Shown here: piece by piece, positions 1-12,375 of the stretch
Layout of the letters: each line of letters begins with the position of its first letter
Numbering within the stretch: the first letter of the stretch is position 1
Source of the DNA: Octopus bimaculoides
Lineage: Eukaryota
DNA length: 63,957 nt
Reading direction: 5' to 3'
Assembly: GCF_001194135.2 (NCBI RefSeq)
Contig: NC_068987.1
Span: 106,047,211-106,111,167, forward strand
Made by a program: the position numbers and the translations under genes
Notes under the pieces: model-generated
Seen by the model: the letters and a program-made list of their open reading frames with translations, nothing else
Databases searched by the model: none
Told to the model about the DNA's origin: nothing

Positions 1-289
1 TATATATATATAGTATATTATATATAGTTTATACGTCTGTGTGCGTGTGTGTAGTTACTAGGGCTTCTAGAAAAAACACCTAAATCCCACTTAAATTAGA
101 CCATACCGTAGTAATGTATTTTAAATATACTTAATATGAAAATAAGAGATTTGAAATACATAACTAGAGCGCTCTTCACCATTGTTGAAATTGATCGTGG
201 CTAATGTTAGGCTAAATAACATAATGCAGGTCATATACTTACCCCAAATAGGACGGAATCTTTGAATATGTTAAATACTATATCTGTGG

Positions 290-560
290 GTTGCAGCCAT
301 TCATTCCTTTTTCCAGTTTTCTATAAGCCAAGGAGATTCTCTGTACGTCTACGCGGTCACTCACCCAGCAGGAAATAGCAGGATATTTCCCTCAATTCAA
401 ACCCTAAGGTTTCAACTAAAGACATCTGCAGTGGAGGATTCCATCTCGATTACACACAACATATGGTTTGTCCCCGCAGTAGAAAGTATTTCATGATACA
501 TCAGTCCAGCCACTGTTGACTTGGGGTTAAACGGCAACAACAACGACAATAACACCCGGC
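290..560 (+). mobile_element. 3' part of a retroposon (SINE-like) ending in (CAA)n
   Basis: Ends ...gacttggggttaaacggCAACAACAAC; internal motif gaaatagcag...ccctcaa has diverged relatives near 35870 and 38240. Confidence 0.4.
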
Positions 561-1539
561 TATTTGCCTGCCACAGATATGTATGAAAACAGGGATGTCT
601 AAAAGCAACTGTAACACGAACAACATCAGCATCAACATTTAATTCAGATGCTGGAATATCTCTCCGGTTATCCAACTTGCATATTTTTATCGATTTCCTT
701 TGTTTTTCTATCGATTTTCTTTATGTTTATAAGGAGGAGTTTGCAGAATCGGTAAAACGTCAAACGGAAACTACGTTGTTGTAGTGGTTATCTCCCTTTA
801 TGATTTGGTTACTTTGTAGAATTCGATTTTGCCTTTCCTTCGGAGATCAATAAAATAAGTGCAGAGGAAAGTACTTGGGTTAAGATAATTGATTAAAACA
901 CTTGCAATCAGCATCCCACATTACACGCCGTCTGAAATGATTGAAAAAAAAATAAAATGTTGAAAGAATTTTTGAAAGTTTTTCTCGTTTTGTCATTCAT
1001 TCTAAGAGTTACACATATTTTCCAATTTCTTATTGAGAAAGATCACGAAAGAAAGCAAAACAATATTACATAATGCACATTAATCTTCCAATGATTCCCG
1101 CATATAACTATCTATCTCCCTACAATACCTTGTTTCATATAACAGGCTATCTAGATTTGGTAGTTAGCTAGAAACTTAGAAGTCAATGCCAAACTCTTCC
1201 TTGTGAAAATTACTGCCTACTCTTCTAAGACGTACTGTATATTAATGTTAACTCAATGGCCTAACAACATTTACGTATGTGTGTATCTGTTTGTGTGTGT
1301 ATATGAGTGTGCGTGCGTATATATATATATATATATATATATATAAGTATAACACCGAATAGTAAAGTTTATATGTCAGCAGAATATGACAGTCCTATAA
1401 AGGACGATTTTTACTATTGTTTAAATCATCTTCTCTAGGTCTACCACATTCTGCAGGCATAAACTTTGCTATTCGCTACTGCTACTGTGTATTTCTCGCT
1501 TAGTGATTTAAAGAAAATTGTTTTATTATATATACATAT

Positions 1540-1710
1540 GGCACTCCGTCGTTTGCGACGATGATGGTTCCAGTTGAGCCGATCAACGGAACAGCCTGCT
1601 CAAAACATTTCGGGGTCAATAAAAGAAGTTTCATTTGAGTACTAGGGTCGATGTGATTGATTTACCTTTTCTCCCGAACATGTTGGCCATGTACCAATCT
1701 TTGAAATCCA
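1540..1710. mobile_element. Back-to-back SINE tails: family C tail (minus, about 1540-1601) joined to family A tail (plus, about 1604-1710)
   Basis: 1540-1601 matches 3283-3345; 1604-1710 matches the ttcggggtc..ataaa..gtact..ggtcgatgt tail of family A. Confidence 0.6.
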
Positions 1711-2565
1711 TATCTGTGTGTGTGTGTGTGTGTGTGTTAATGGCGGGACGGTATTAACGCTTTCTTTTATGTACAGCTATATATAAAAAGAGTTATATAT
1801 GCATACAATTGAAAGATGAGTCAATATCTTTTGTAGAGCACTGTATGCATTAATTTGTACAAGGAAAAGATTCACAGCACCTTCGATGTTTCAGTTTTAT
1901 TAACCATCTGCTGACGGTTCGTGAGTCGAAACTTCAAAGTCACTCCCACTTCTCACCTTCTCCTTATAAATATATATATATACACACATCAAGCTTAGTT
2001 TCGCAACGTGTACAGCAACCATTGTTACTCGACTCCCAGGCTCAATATGTTACAAAAAGATATGTGTGAATTCGTTTGATCAGATATTAATTGGGAAAAT
2101 AATTAATTATTATAGGAGCAGCAATACAGAATAAGCAGCACCAGCCGTAACAGTAACAATAACTTTGGCCTTCTTGTTATTTTTACCTCTCGCCAATATT
2201 AATATATGATTAACATTATTATCTCAGTTAGTACTAATATAACTGCAGACTGTAAAACTAATGGCAGCAGCAATAATTGCAATACATATAAAGCTAACAG
2301 CACGTGCGCATCCAAAACTGTAGGGTAAAAGGTTTCCTATGGAACACAACGTTTTGGGTTCAATCGTAATGTGCAGTATCTTGAGCAAGTAACATCTTCA
2401 AATTTGAGTATTTAACAAAACATTTTGCGTTAATTTGGGACATGGAAGCAAGGCACGTGGTTGTTACACCCACACACACACACACACATACTCACACACA
2501 CACACACACGCACACACACACACACACACTCGCACACACCCACATACCGTACATAAACACACGTG

Positions 2566-2609
<44 letters not shown>

Positions 2610-3267
2610 TGTGTTATTCAGAAAGGAACGTAGAGCGTATGGCTCCTCAGAGGCCCATCAGGACTAGTGGTTGGGGAACGAATGGAAAAAGTTATCGGCA
2701 GACCCACAGCCTGATCTAAATGCTTGGAACAGAGTCGTTTCCTCTGAAGGTATACAAGCTGCAAACTGATAGTGCTAAACTGATAGTATACATCAAAGGT
2801 GCGAAGCTCGTTTGGCTTTGCAGACTGCGTCTTAGTATAGACTAGATCCCGCGATACAGATTGATGTATAAAACTAAATATCGTAAACCCGAATTAAGTA
2901 TAAACTAGATCGCGTGAATGGAATAAAGAAAGTTTTTTTCTAAAAATTAACATTCAAGGCCAAAGTCACAGGATTTAGGGATCAATATACCTTATTAACA
3001 ATTTTATTACCAATAAAGAGAGGAACGAGTTTGAGATGTTAGAAATGTTTGTGAGCAGAGATGTGTAAAAAAGAATAATCAAATGGCATATATACAATTC
3101 TGTTAATTGTTCTTAGAGGGAGAAATGAGACGTAAAGAGTCCAAATGAATGAACACAGTTCTACAGAAGACAACTGATTAATCGCAAATAGTCTTCGTTT
3201 CTCTAGAATCCTTCGGACGCACAACTGCTTACCTTTGAAAAGAGAGAAATTTTGGATTGGTTCCGTT

Positions 3268-3660
3268 TGTGTTGTTGTTGTTGGAACACCGTCGCTTACG
3301 ACGTCGAGGGTTCCAGTTGATCCGATCAACGGAACAGCCTGCTCGTGAAATTAACGTGCAAGTGGCTGAGCACTCCACAGACACGTGTACCCTTAACGTA
3401 GTTCTCGGGGATATTCAGCGTGACACACTGTGACAAGGCTGACCCTTTGAATTACAGGCACAACAGAAACAGGAAGTAAGAGTGAGAGAAAGCTGTGGTG
3501 AAAGAGTACAGCAGGGTTCGCCACCATCCCCTGCCGGAGCCTCGTGGAGCTTTAGGTGTTTTCGCTCAATAAACACTCACAGCGCCCGGTCTGAGAATCG
3601 AAACCGCGATCCTATGACCGCAAGTCCGCTGCCCTAACTACTGGGCCATTGCGCCTCCAC
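3268..3660 (-). mobile_element. Full-length tRNA-derived SINE, family C, with (CAA)n tail; body resembles a Deu/Nin-type central domain
   Basis: Minus strand: head ggcgcaaTGGCCCAGTAGttagggcagcggac...GGTTTCGATTCtcagacc (A/B boxes); body ...gagaactacgttaagggtacacgtgtctgtggagtgctcagccac...; tail caacaacaacaac. Superfamily assignment is from memory. Confidence 0.8.
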
Positions 3661-4204
3661 TCCGTCTGTGTAGACAAAGTAAAAGGGAAATAAATCCCAT
3701 CTTTTTTCTCTCAGTGTGGACCTCTAAGTTTATTTGTTATTGATAAAATAATAAACGGTGCATTGATTCCAGTGACGTGAATATATACTGATATATACTG
3801 AATGGAATATTTCAGGCTTTAAAAAAATAAACGCATGTGACATATACTGTATAGAATATTTCAAGCTTTAAAATAATAAAAATTGATGAATATAACCTTG
3901 CCGGTTTACGCAAACTCGAATACATCTAAACTGGTCCGTATAATTTTTAATAATTAGATGCGCCAGTATATATAATGCCCTCACATCCTTTCGGAAATAA
4001 TTCCATATGTTTAATATATGCCATTTTAAAAGAATACGATTATAGCATCAAATTCAAAATTTGACACAAGCTGTTTAATTAGAACCTTCTCGTGAGAGAA
4101 AAAACGTAATATGGATGTGATAAATGTTTCAACTTCTGAAAAAGGTAATCAGGTTAAAAACATCAACTTCCTGTTATACACTACCAATGACAGCATACAT
4201 CCTT

Positions 4205-4848
4205 TCTACTATAGGCACAAGGCCTGAAATTTGGTGTGTGTGTGTGTGTGTGTCTGTGTGTGTGTGTGTGTGTGTTTGTGGGGGTGGTGGTGGTGTTAAG
4301 TTGATTACATCGACCCCAGTACTCAACGGGTACATAATTTATCGCCTCCGAAAAGATGAAAGGCAAAGTCGACCTCGGCGGAATTTGAACTCAGAACGTA
4401 GCGACGGGTGAAATATCGCTAAGCATTTTGTCCAGCGTGCTAACGATTCTTTTCTGCTCTAGGCACAAGGCCCGAAATTTTGTGGGAGGGGACCAATGGA
4501 TTAGATCGACCCCAGTGCGCAACTGGTGCTTAATTTATCGACCCCGAAAGGATGAAAGGTAAAGTCGACTTCGGCGGAATTTGTACCCAGAACACAAAGA
4601 CAAACGAAATACCTATTTCGTTATTGCCCCCAAGGTGCTACACATAGAGGGAACAAACAAGAACAGATGAACGGATTAAGTCGATTAGATCGACCCCAGT
4701 GCGTAACTGGTACTTAATTTATCGACCCCGAAAGGATGAAAGGCAAAGTCGACCTCGGCGGAATTTGAACTCAGAACGCAGTGGCAGACGAAATACCGCT
4801 AAGCATTTCGCCCGGCGTGCTTACGATTCTGTTAGCTCGTCGACCTCC
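4205..4848 (-). mobile_element. Three stacked/nested copies of tRNA-derived SINE family A (central motif resembling the Meta domain)
   Basis: Three repeats of the reverse complement of gagttcaaattccgccgaggtcgactttgcctttcatcctttcggggtcgataaattaagtaccag. Confidence 0.85.
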
Positions 4849-5439
4849 TAATAATAGCGTACAGCTATTATAGTGTATATAAAGTTGGCAGTTTGTATTA
4901 CAATGTGTTGATAATGTTAATAGATTAATTAGTTCGTAGTGCACTATAGATTATTTTTGGATAGCCTGAAATGTAATAAAAATATAAATTAAAAATACAA
5001 CATAGCAGTGAAATCCCTCGTTGCTACCACCGGAGGATCAGCGACAGTACATCAGACTTCATTGAATTTTGGGGCATTTAAATATTGTACATTACTGCCT
5101 TGTTGGCCAGTGCTGCATTTGGACCGTCTACTAAGTGGAATATACTTTTTATATTTTCAATATAAAAAGGTGTTGGGCGAATTGAAGTATGATTAGTGGG
5201 TCGGATTAACTGCCTCGAGGTTTTAAAACCCGGTTCTATATGATCTGTGTTGAAGCCTCATCCAGGACAATTAATTTCCATTCTTCTAGGTCTAAGAATA
5301 AAATAACAGGCTGAGAGAATCATTAATGCTTATTCAGTGTTCGTGCTGGGTTAAAATCCTGCCATTTTAAATGGTAGATTCTCAGTTTAAGAACACGATC
5401 GGTTTGAGCGTACCATCCACCCTCCCAGTCTCTGACTAC

Positions 5440-5790
5440 TTTCATCTTTTACTTTTTACTTGTTTTAGTCATTAGGTTGTGTCCATGCCGGAGCACTGCC
5501 TTGAAGAATTTAGTGGAACAAGTCCACCCCAGTGGTTATTTTGTTTTAAATCTAGTATTTATTCTCTGTCTCTTTTACTGAATTGTCAACTAACGAGAAC
5601 GTAAACAAACTAGCACCGTTCTTAAAGTGATGTTGAGACAAGCTCAAATGCACACACATAAAACGAGCTTCCACACAGTTTCTGTCTCCCAAATCTACTT
5701 ACAAGGCGTTGGTCGACCCGCTGCAATTATAGGTGTTAAACCCAAAACTATGTGATTGGAAAGCGAACTATGTAACAACAGGGCTACGCC
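5440..5790 (-). mobile_element. Diverged CORE-type SINE (family B)
   Basis: Similar to the full copy at 55185-55603 over tail and core. Confidence 0.6.
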
Positions 5791-6099
5791 TGCGCCAAAA
5801 TAAAGCCAGAAAATTATATAACATTAGACAGACTGCGAAAAGTTTTATGTAAATTGAATTTTGAATATACATTCATATTCATTATACAGTCTCTTGTTTT
5901 TGTCTAAGTTGGTTTTGTTTGTCTCTTCATATATTGTAGCACATTTATCAAAAGGTGTTTTCCGTGTTATTGATGGTGCTGATGTAGTTGTCGTTCTATA
6001 GCATCTGGTCAGCTCCGATCTGGTAAAAATCTATGGATAAAGACCAATACGAACACAAGAATAACAATACTAACAAGAACGATACCGAACTTTACAAAT

Positions 6100-6325
6100 G
6101 TTATTTATACTGGTTTCAAAATGTGGCACAAAGCCAGCAATTTCGGGTGAAAAGTAAGTCGATTACATCGACTCCAGCGTTCCACTGGTACTTATTTTAT
6201 CGACCCCGAAAAGATGAAAGTCCAAAGTCGACCTCGGCAGAATTTGAACTCAGAACGCAAAGACGGACGAAATGCCTCTCTGCATTTTGCTCGGTGCAAT
6301 AACGATTGTGTCAGGTTATCGCCTT
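6100..6325 (-). mobile_element. SINE family A copy
   Basis: gtcgattacatcgactccag...ttttatcgaccccgaaaagatgaaag...aatttgaactcagaacg. Confidence 0.8.
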
Positions 6326-7711
6326 TAAGAAACGTTACAAACATTGCCACCGCTGCTGCTAATTTTATTAAAGTTAATACTACCACCAATGCAGTCAAAT
6401 ACTGTGGTGTGTACCCGTATTTTAGGACCTTTTAATCGGGAAGAAAACAGTTACTACAACCATTCAAAAAGCCTTTGAAAATGGAAGGAGGGAGAGACGA
6501 ATCGTAGGAGGGAGAGAGGAAGGTGTCCTAAAACAGTAGAAGTGGTCTCATTACCTGTAACAGAGTGAACTCCGTTAAATGCATAAATGGATCCAAGGTA
6601 ATAGTATTACAATGGACCATGGCGGAATTTGAACGCAAAACAGAAATAATGCCAGGCATCCGGTCGATCATGTTCACAGTCCCAGTACTCCAATGCTTTT
6701 CTATTGCGCATGAAATGGTGTAAGAAAAGGGTGAATTTCGTGGGATTTGAAACTTAATTTCGTATTAATAATGGTTATAATGAAAGCAACAACGACAATA
6801 AAAAGTAATTAGAATATTGAGTTAAATGACAAGCAAGTCAATCAAGACAATTGCAGCATCACCAATAATTAATTTTTACAGACGTTATAGAAACAAATAG
6901 CGTACTCATACAAACGTACACACGCATACACACACGCAACATCACATGCATATATCCGAGCATATGCACACATCAGACCATACCCACATGCACACATCAA
7001 GTCATACATACACATACACGCACGCATGCATACAAATGCGCGCAATTACAATCATAATGAGAGAGTGAACGAGAGAGACAGAGGCAGACACGTAACAAAT
7101 CACAGAAAAACACCAAAGACAAGGAGAGTAGTGGAAATATTAAACAAACTAGAAACAAATAAGCAAACAAAATAATATCAACTATAACAAAAATAACAAT
7201 ATTAACAAGAACAATACAGAACTTTACAAATGTTACTAATATTGCCGCTGCTGCTGCTGCTGCTATTTGTATTAAACTTAATACTACCACTAATGCAGTC
7301 GAATAATTACTGCAAAAATTGTAGGATCGTGTGTCGTTGCAAAAACGTGTTTGGTGGCGGAGACTTGAAGCAGACGATAACAGTAAACAATGAAAAAGAA
7401 AGATGCCAGTTAGTGACGTAGAGTCTAGAAGGACGCTTGATATGCTAGAAGTAGTAGTCTGTTCACCCTTATATCATACTTTATTTTCCTAGATAAGGTT
7501 AAATCGCATTAGATAATGTAGTCCTAAATGTCCAGGAAAAGGCGAGATGTTTATGGCTGAAATGTCTTTATTTTGTCGATTTTTTGCCTAATCAGGGATT
7601 ATTCGATGCTATACAACAACACCAATAACAACAACAACAACAACAATAACATTTACTATTACAACTGTAGTAACATCAATAACACGGAAAATGCCTTTTA
7701 ATAAATGTGTC

Positions 7712-7743
<32 letters not shown>

Positions 7744-8618
7744 NNNNNNNNNNNNNNNNNNNNNNNNNNNNNNNNNNNNNNNNNNNNNNNNNNNNNNNNN
7801 NNNNNNNNNNNNNNNNNNNNNNNNNNNNNNNNNNNNNNNNNNNNNNNNNNNNNNNNNNNNNNNNNNNNNNNNNNNNNNNNNNNNNNNNNNNNNNNNNNNN
7901 NNNNNNNNNNNNNNNNNNNNNNNNNNNNNNNNNNNNNNNNNNNNNNNNNNNNNNNNNNNNNNNNNNNNNNNNNNNNNNNNNNNNNNNNNNNNNNNNNNNN
8001 NNNNNNNNNNNNNNNNNNNNNNNNNNNNNNNNNNNNNNNNNNNNNNNNNNNNNNNNNNNNNNNNNNNNNNNNNNNNNNNNNNNNNNNNNNNNNNNNNNNN
8101 NNNNNNNNNNNNNNNNNNNNNNNNNNNNNNNNNNNNNNNNNNNNNNNNNNNNNNNNNNNNNNNNNNNNNNNNNNNNNNNNNNNNNNNNNNNNNNNNNNNN
8201 NNNNNNNNNNNNNNNNNNNNNNNNNNNNNNNNNNNNNNNNNNNNNNNNNNNNNNNNNNNNNNNNNNNNNNNNNNNNNNNNNNNNNNNNNNNNNNNNNNNN
8301 NNNNNNNNNNNNNNNNNNNNNNNNNNNNNNNNNNNNNNNNNNNNNNNNNNNNNNNNNNNNNNNNNNNNNNNNNNNNNNNNNNNNNNNNNNNNNNNNNNNN
8401 NNNNNNNNNNNNNNTTCTTACATAAAGAAATCAAGCAAAAGTTATAAAACTCTTGGTTGCAAAACACTGCAAACCATATTTCTTCTCGACCAGTTGGTTC
8501 ATATTCAAAATCTGCCTTTTGTAAGCAACGTCGGTGAATGCAAAACTTATTTTTCACTCTTTGATCGTTTGGTAAAGTGTGTGTGTGTGTGTGTGTGTAT
8601 ATGTGCATGTGTGTGTAT

Positions 8619-8654
<36 letters not shown>

Positions 8655-8765
8655 GTGTGTATGAGTGTGTGCGTGAGAGAGAGAGAGAGAGAAGAAGGAA
8701 GGAAGGAAGAGAGAGCGAAAGGGAGAGAAAGGAGAGAGTAGATATGCTTGCGTAGAGTGTGTGTA

Positions 8766-8796
<31 letters not shown>

Positions 8797-8985
8797 GGAA
8801 GGAAGAGAGAGAGAGAGAGAAAGGGAGAGGAAGGAGTGAGTGAGTAGATATGCTTGCGTGGTGTGTGTGTGTATGTGTGAGGATGTGTTTGTCAGTATGT
8901 GCTTGAGTATGACATTGTTGCTCTTATTGCTATGGTAGTGGTTGATGTTATACACTTTTTCTATATTCACATGTTTTTCAAACAG

Positions 8986-9050
8986 GAAAGATTGCAAATG
9001 TGTGAAGTTTACCCTAAGATCTGGAACGGATAGGAAAGGTCCATGCAAAG
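8986..9050 (+). CDS. Candidate internal exon A of an unidentified host gene (KDCKCVKFTLRSGTDRKGPCK; phase 2 to phase 1)
   Basis: Acceptor tttttcaaacAG, donor aag|GTATGT, 65 bp, only one open frame; phase fits the next candidate exon. Confidence 0.5.
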
Positions 9051-9299
9051 GTATGTTATAGTTATGTTTGCATACATAAATTTTTATTTTCAATATGATC
9101 ACTTTGTTGATGCAGCCGATATTAAAATGAAACAAAGTGGAAAGAAGAAAACAAACTTAATTAAGGACATAAAATACTTCACAAAAATAAAATAAAAAAT
9201 TTTGAACAAAAAACAGCTAACAAAACAAAAACAATAATATTAACTTTAACATTTACAAAAAATAAAGAACTTGTCACAGGGAAAGGTACATAGCCGAGT

Positions 9300-9900
9300 G
9301 ACTTTCTATGTTACGGAAGTGCTTTACTTGAAGTGATCTTCAGTGAAACCAAGGCCTGAAAAGTTGGAGCGATCATGGGAGCTCTACCTGCCTGCTGCAT
9401 GTATTTGATCTAAGTAACTTGTTGATTTTGTTATGGTAAAAGGCTAAGTTACAATATCTTCATAGATATTTAGGTCTCTGATATTTTTTAGGTCTCTGAT
9501 TTATGTATTTTGCATTTGTTAAAAATGGATGAGAGAAGAATGAAGATTAGCATCATCCGCATAAAAATAGATGCTGTAGAGCGTGACTGCTAGTGGGCTT
9601 TTGATATATAGAAAGAACAGAATAGGAACAAAGCTGAAATTGGAGAGCAAATCAGAGTTGACAGAGTTTGGAACGGAAAGTGCTCCGTCAACAAATGCCA
9701 TCATAGTACTATCTGATCGGAAACTACCGAACCAAGAGATGCGAGATGAATGTGTGTATGGTGAGGAGTTTCGATAGGCGATCCCTTTAGGAGATCGTAA
9801 GCTTCGTTAATATCAAGGGCCATGTTATTGCTTTCGCCAAATTTCTCTCAAGTGAGAACTCACGATGGTAACGTTGGAGAAAAATGTTTGAAATGCATCT
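9300..9900 (-). mobile_element. Decayed CR1/L2/Jockey-group LINE reverse transcriptase fragment
   Basis: Minus-strand translation across frameshifts: FGESNNMALDINEAYD...WFGSFRSDSTMMAFVDG...PILFFLYIK...IYFYADDANLHSS (RT motifs including YADD). Confidence 0.7.
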
Positions 9901-10045
9901 GGTTTTAGGGGAGCCGTATGGTGACGGTTCTAAAGAAATAGAGAAGGAACACAAACTTATATATACCTAGGAACTGAGGGACTATAAATGCTGCAATGCA
10001 CACAGATAAAAGAAAATGTTAAGAAAGGATGTTATATACATGTAT

Positions 10046-10086
<41 letters not shown>

Positions 10087-10144
10087 GTCGAAATATACAG
10101 AAAAAGACGAAGATATGTGTATAAACAGCAAGCAGATGTTTTAA

Positions 10145-11772
10145 TTTGACGCTCGAGCCTACACTCTTCCACAGAAAAGAACGCGAGAAAATAAACAGAG
10201 AGAATAAAAATAAAAAAAGAACTTTTGGAGTTAGCGGTCAATCATGGCGACTGATTGGACAAAAGTAGTTAGAGAGGAGAGGTAGGAAGAAAGGAAGATA
10301 ATGAAGTACTGTTGATCCCAAAATGAAGGTGCGCGTGCGTTTGTGTATTTGAGAGTGTGTGTGTGTGTGTGTGTGTGTGCGTGTGGATAGGGGATGGTGA
10401 CTTTGACGTGTAGATGTATGCGTGTGTAAGTGTATACGTCTGTAATGTGTAGGTGTGTGGAAGATATTGTGGGTACTGGGAAGTGGTCAGTGCTAATGTG
10501 TGCGGAGTGATGTGGGGGCGGTGTGAAGTTGTGTGGTGGTGTGTGGGGGTGTGTGGTGGTGTATTGGTGTGGTGTGGCAGTGTTGGGGTGTGAGGGTGTA
10601 GTGAGGAAGTGGGTAGCGGTGGGGTAAGTGAGAGTGGGATGTGTAGGGGTGTGGTTGGACGGTTGGGGTATCAATGAAAGAAGAAGGTGGGTAGGAGTAA
10701 AGAGAGGAAGTAGGTATCAAATGAAGAGAAGAGAGGAGGGGCTTCAGATGAAGAGGAGAGGAGTTTTGATCCCATGTGACGCAAAGGAACGGAGAGAGAA
10801 GACTAATTTCTGTTCACGACGAAGGCGGGAGACCGTATGCCCCCTGTGCAAAGACAATCTGAACACAGACAGGTGTTGTAATGAATCATCGGTAGAACAG
10901 GAATGACGCGAGACCGGGGTGTTGTTGCCTAATCTAATGTCTCAAAGGTGCTCCGCGAACCGCTCAACCACGCAGCGTTTGACTGATGTACAGAGAAGGA
11001 CATAAAGAGCAGGAGATGAGTAAATGACGTTGCTAGAAGTGCAGGTAAAGGAGTCAGTGATATGAGAGGGACGATGATGGGTGCCTGTGAGGATGGTGGT
11101 GCTGGAGAGGTAGGAGCAAGTGCGACAGCTTGGGAGGGGACAGGAAAACGAACCAGGTTGGGAAGTGGGGTTAAGGAAGAAACTGTGGACCAAGAGGTCA
11201 CGTAGGTTGTGGGGTTGTTTGAAAGACGAATGGGATAGGTTGGGGAGGATGTGCGAAGTGGAGGGGTTGGACTGGAGTCGCCGGAAGGCTCGAAGAGTGC
11301 AGCGTTGGAGGGGAGGGTGGAGGGGTGGTAGGTGACGGGAAACGGCGGGGCGTGTGCGAGGTGACAGGTATAGTCCACGGAACGTGCTCTGGCAAGGGCG
11401 ATGAGGATAGTGCTGAGGGGATATCTCGAAAGATGAAGTGGCGAACCATGAGTTGAGACTGAGTCTCAAAGTCATGATTTTCACTGCAGAGCCTGCACAA
11501 ACGGTGGAATTGGGAGTAGGGGATGGAGATCTTGGTGTGGGTAGGGTGAGAGGAAGAGAAGTTGATGTATGAGTATGAATCGGTGCGAGTGGAATTGTGT
11601 ATGCTGACCGAATTATCGAGAAAGGCGATGGAAGTTTTGGAATTGGTGTAGGAGAATTCGAGGGCAGGGTTGAAGGATTGGGAGAAAGAGAGGAAAGAGT
11701 CTAGTTGTTTGCAAGAGAGCGAGATCGCACCTATACAGTCATCAATATAACGACCGTATATTTCGGGAGGGA
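10145..11772 (-). mobile_element. 5'-truncated Penelope-like element (Neptune-type): RT C-half, Cys-rich linker, GIY-YIG endonuclease (coding relic 10744-11772), long C/A-rich 3' region and degenerate HHR at 10145-10178
   Basis: YGRYIDD; FLD; SSSHP; CPLPSCRTC; TCTSSNVIY..CSLCPSLYISQT..ERFAEHL; VSRH..RLRREQKLVFSL..HGI. Frameshifted and with stops. Confidence 0.9.
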
Positions 11773-11932
11773 GACGGGCTTCTTTCAGTTTCCGACTACC
11801 AAGTCCATTCAAAAGGTATTGGTGGGCCCGAGGCTATAATAGAAGACATGTGCACAAGGTGCGAAGCAGAGGGATTGAAACCAGAAGCATATGGTTGGGA
11901 AGCAAGCTTCTTACCACACAGACACTTCTGTG
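11773..11932 (-). mobile_element. 5' half of CORE-type SINE family B fused to the Penelope-like element
   Basis: Reverse complement: gtctgtgtggtaagaagcttgcttcccaacc...ccttgtgcacatgtcttctattatagcctcgggcc...ggaaactgaaagaagcccgtc, then directly PLE RT sequence. Confidence 0.85.
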
Positions 11933-12326
11933 TGTTTGTATATGTATGTATGTATGTACGTATGTATGTATGTATGTATGTATGTATGTATGTATGTATG
12001 TATGTATGTATATGGTAGTGAAGACTGGAAGCTATCGTGTATGTAAAAAAGTAGACAACTAGACAACAAAATAAGTAAATAAGTCGATAAAAAATAAAAC
12101 TTTAAAAATAGACCAATAAAAAATTACAAGAAAATACATTGCATACGTGTGTGTGTGTGTGTCCATGTATCTGCATGTGTGTGTGTGTATAGTACATATG
12201 TGAGTATGTGTGTATGAGCGTGCGGGTATATGTGTGTGTGTGGAGGGGTTATATTCTTTGGGTTTTTAGGTCTTGTTTCTGAAAAGGGGAAACTTCTTGT
12301 ATCTATTATTATAATTATTATTAAAA

Positions 12327-12375
<49 letters not shown>

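Noticed and set aside
412-675. 87-aa minus-strand ORF
   Set aside because: Overlaps the antisense of a (CAA)n-tailed retroposon end; no splice or homology support.
3580-3660. tRNA genes (also 19571-19639, 33940-34000, 63250-63330)
   Set aside because: A/B boxes are present but they continue into SINE bodies and lack a complete cloverleaf.
6563-6597. 34-bp AG..GT candidate exon upstream of exon A
   Set aside because: The frame needed to join exon A contains an immediate stop.
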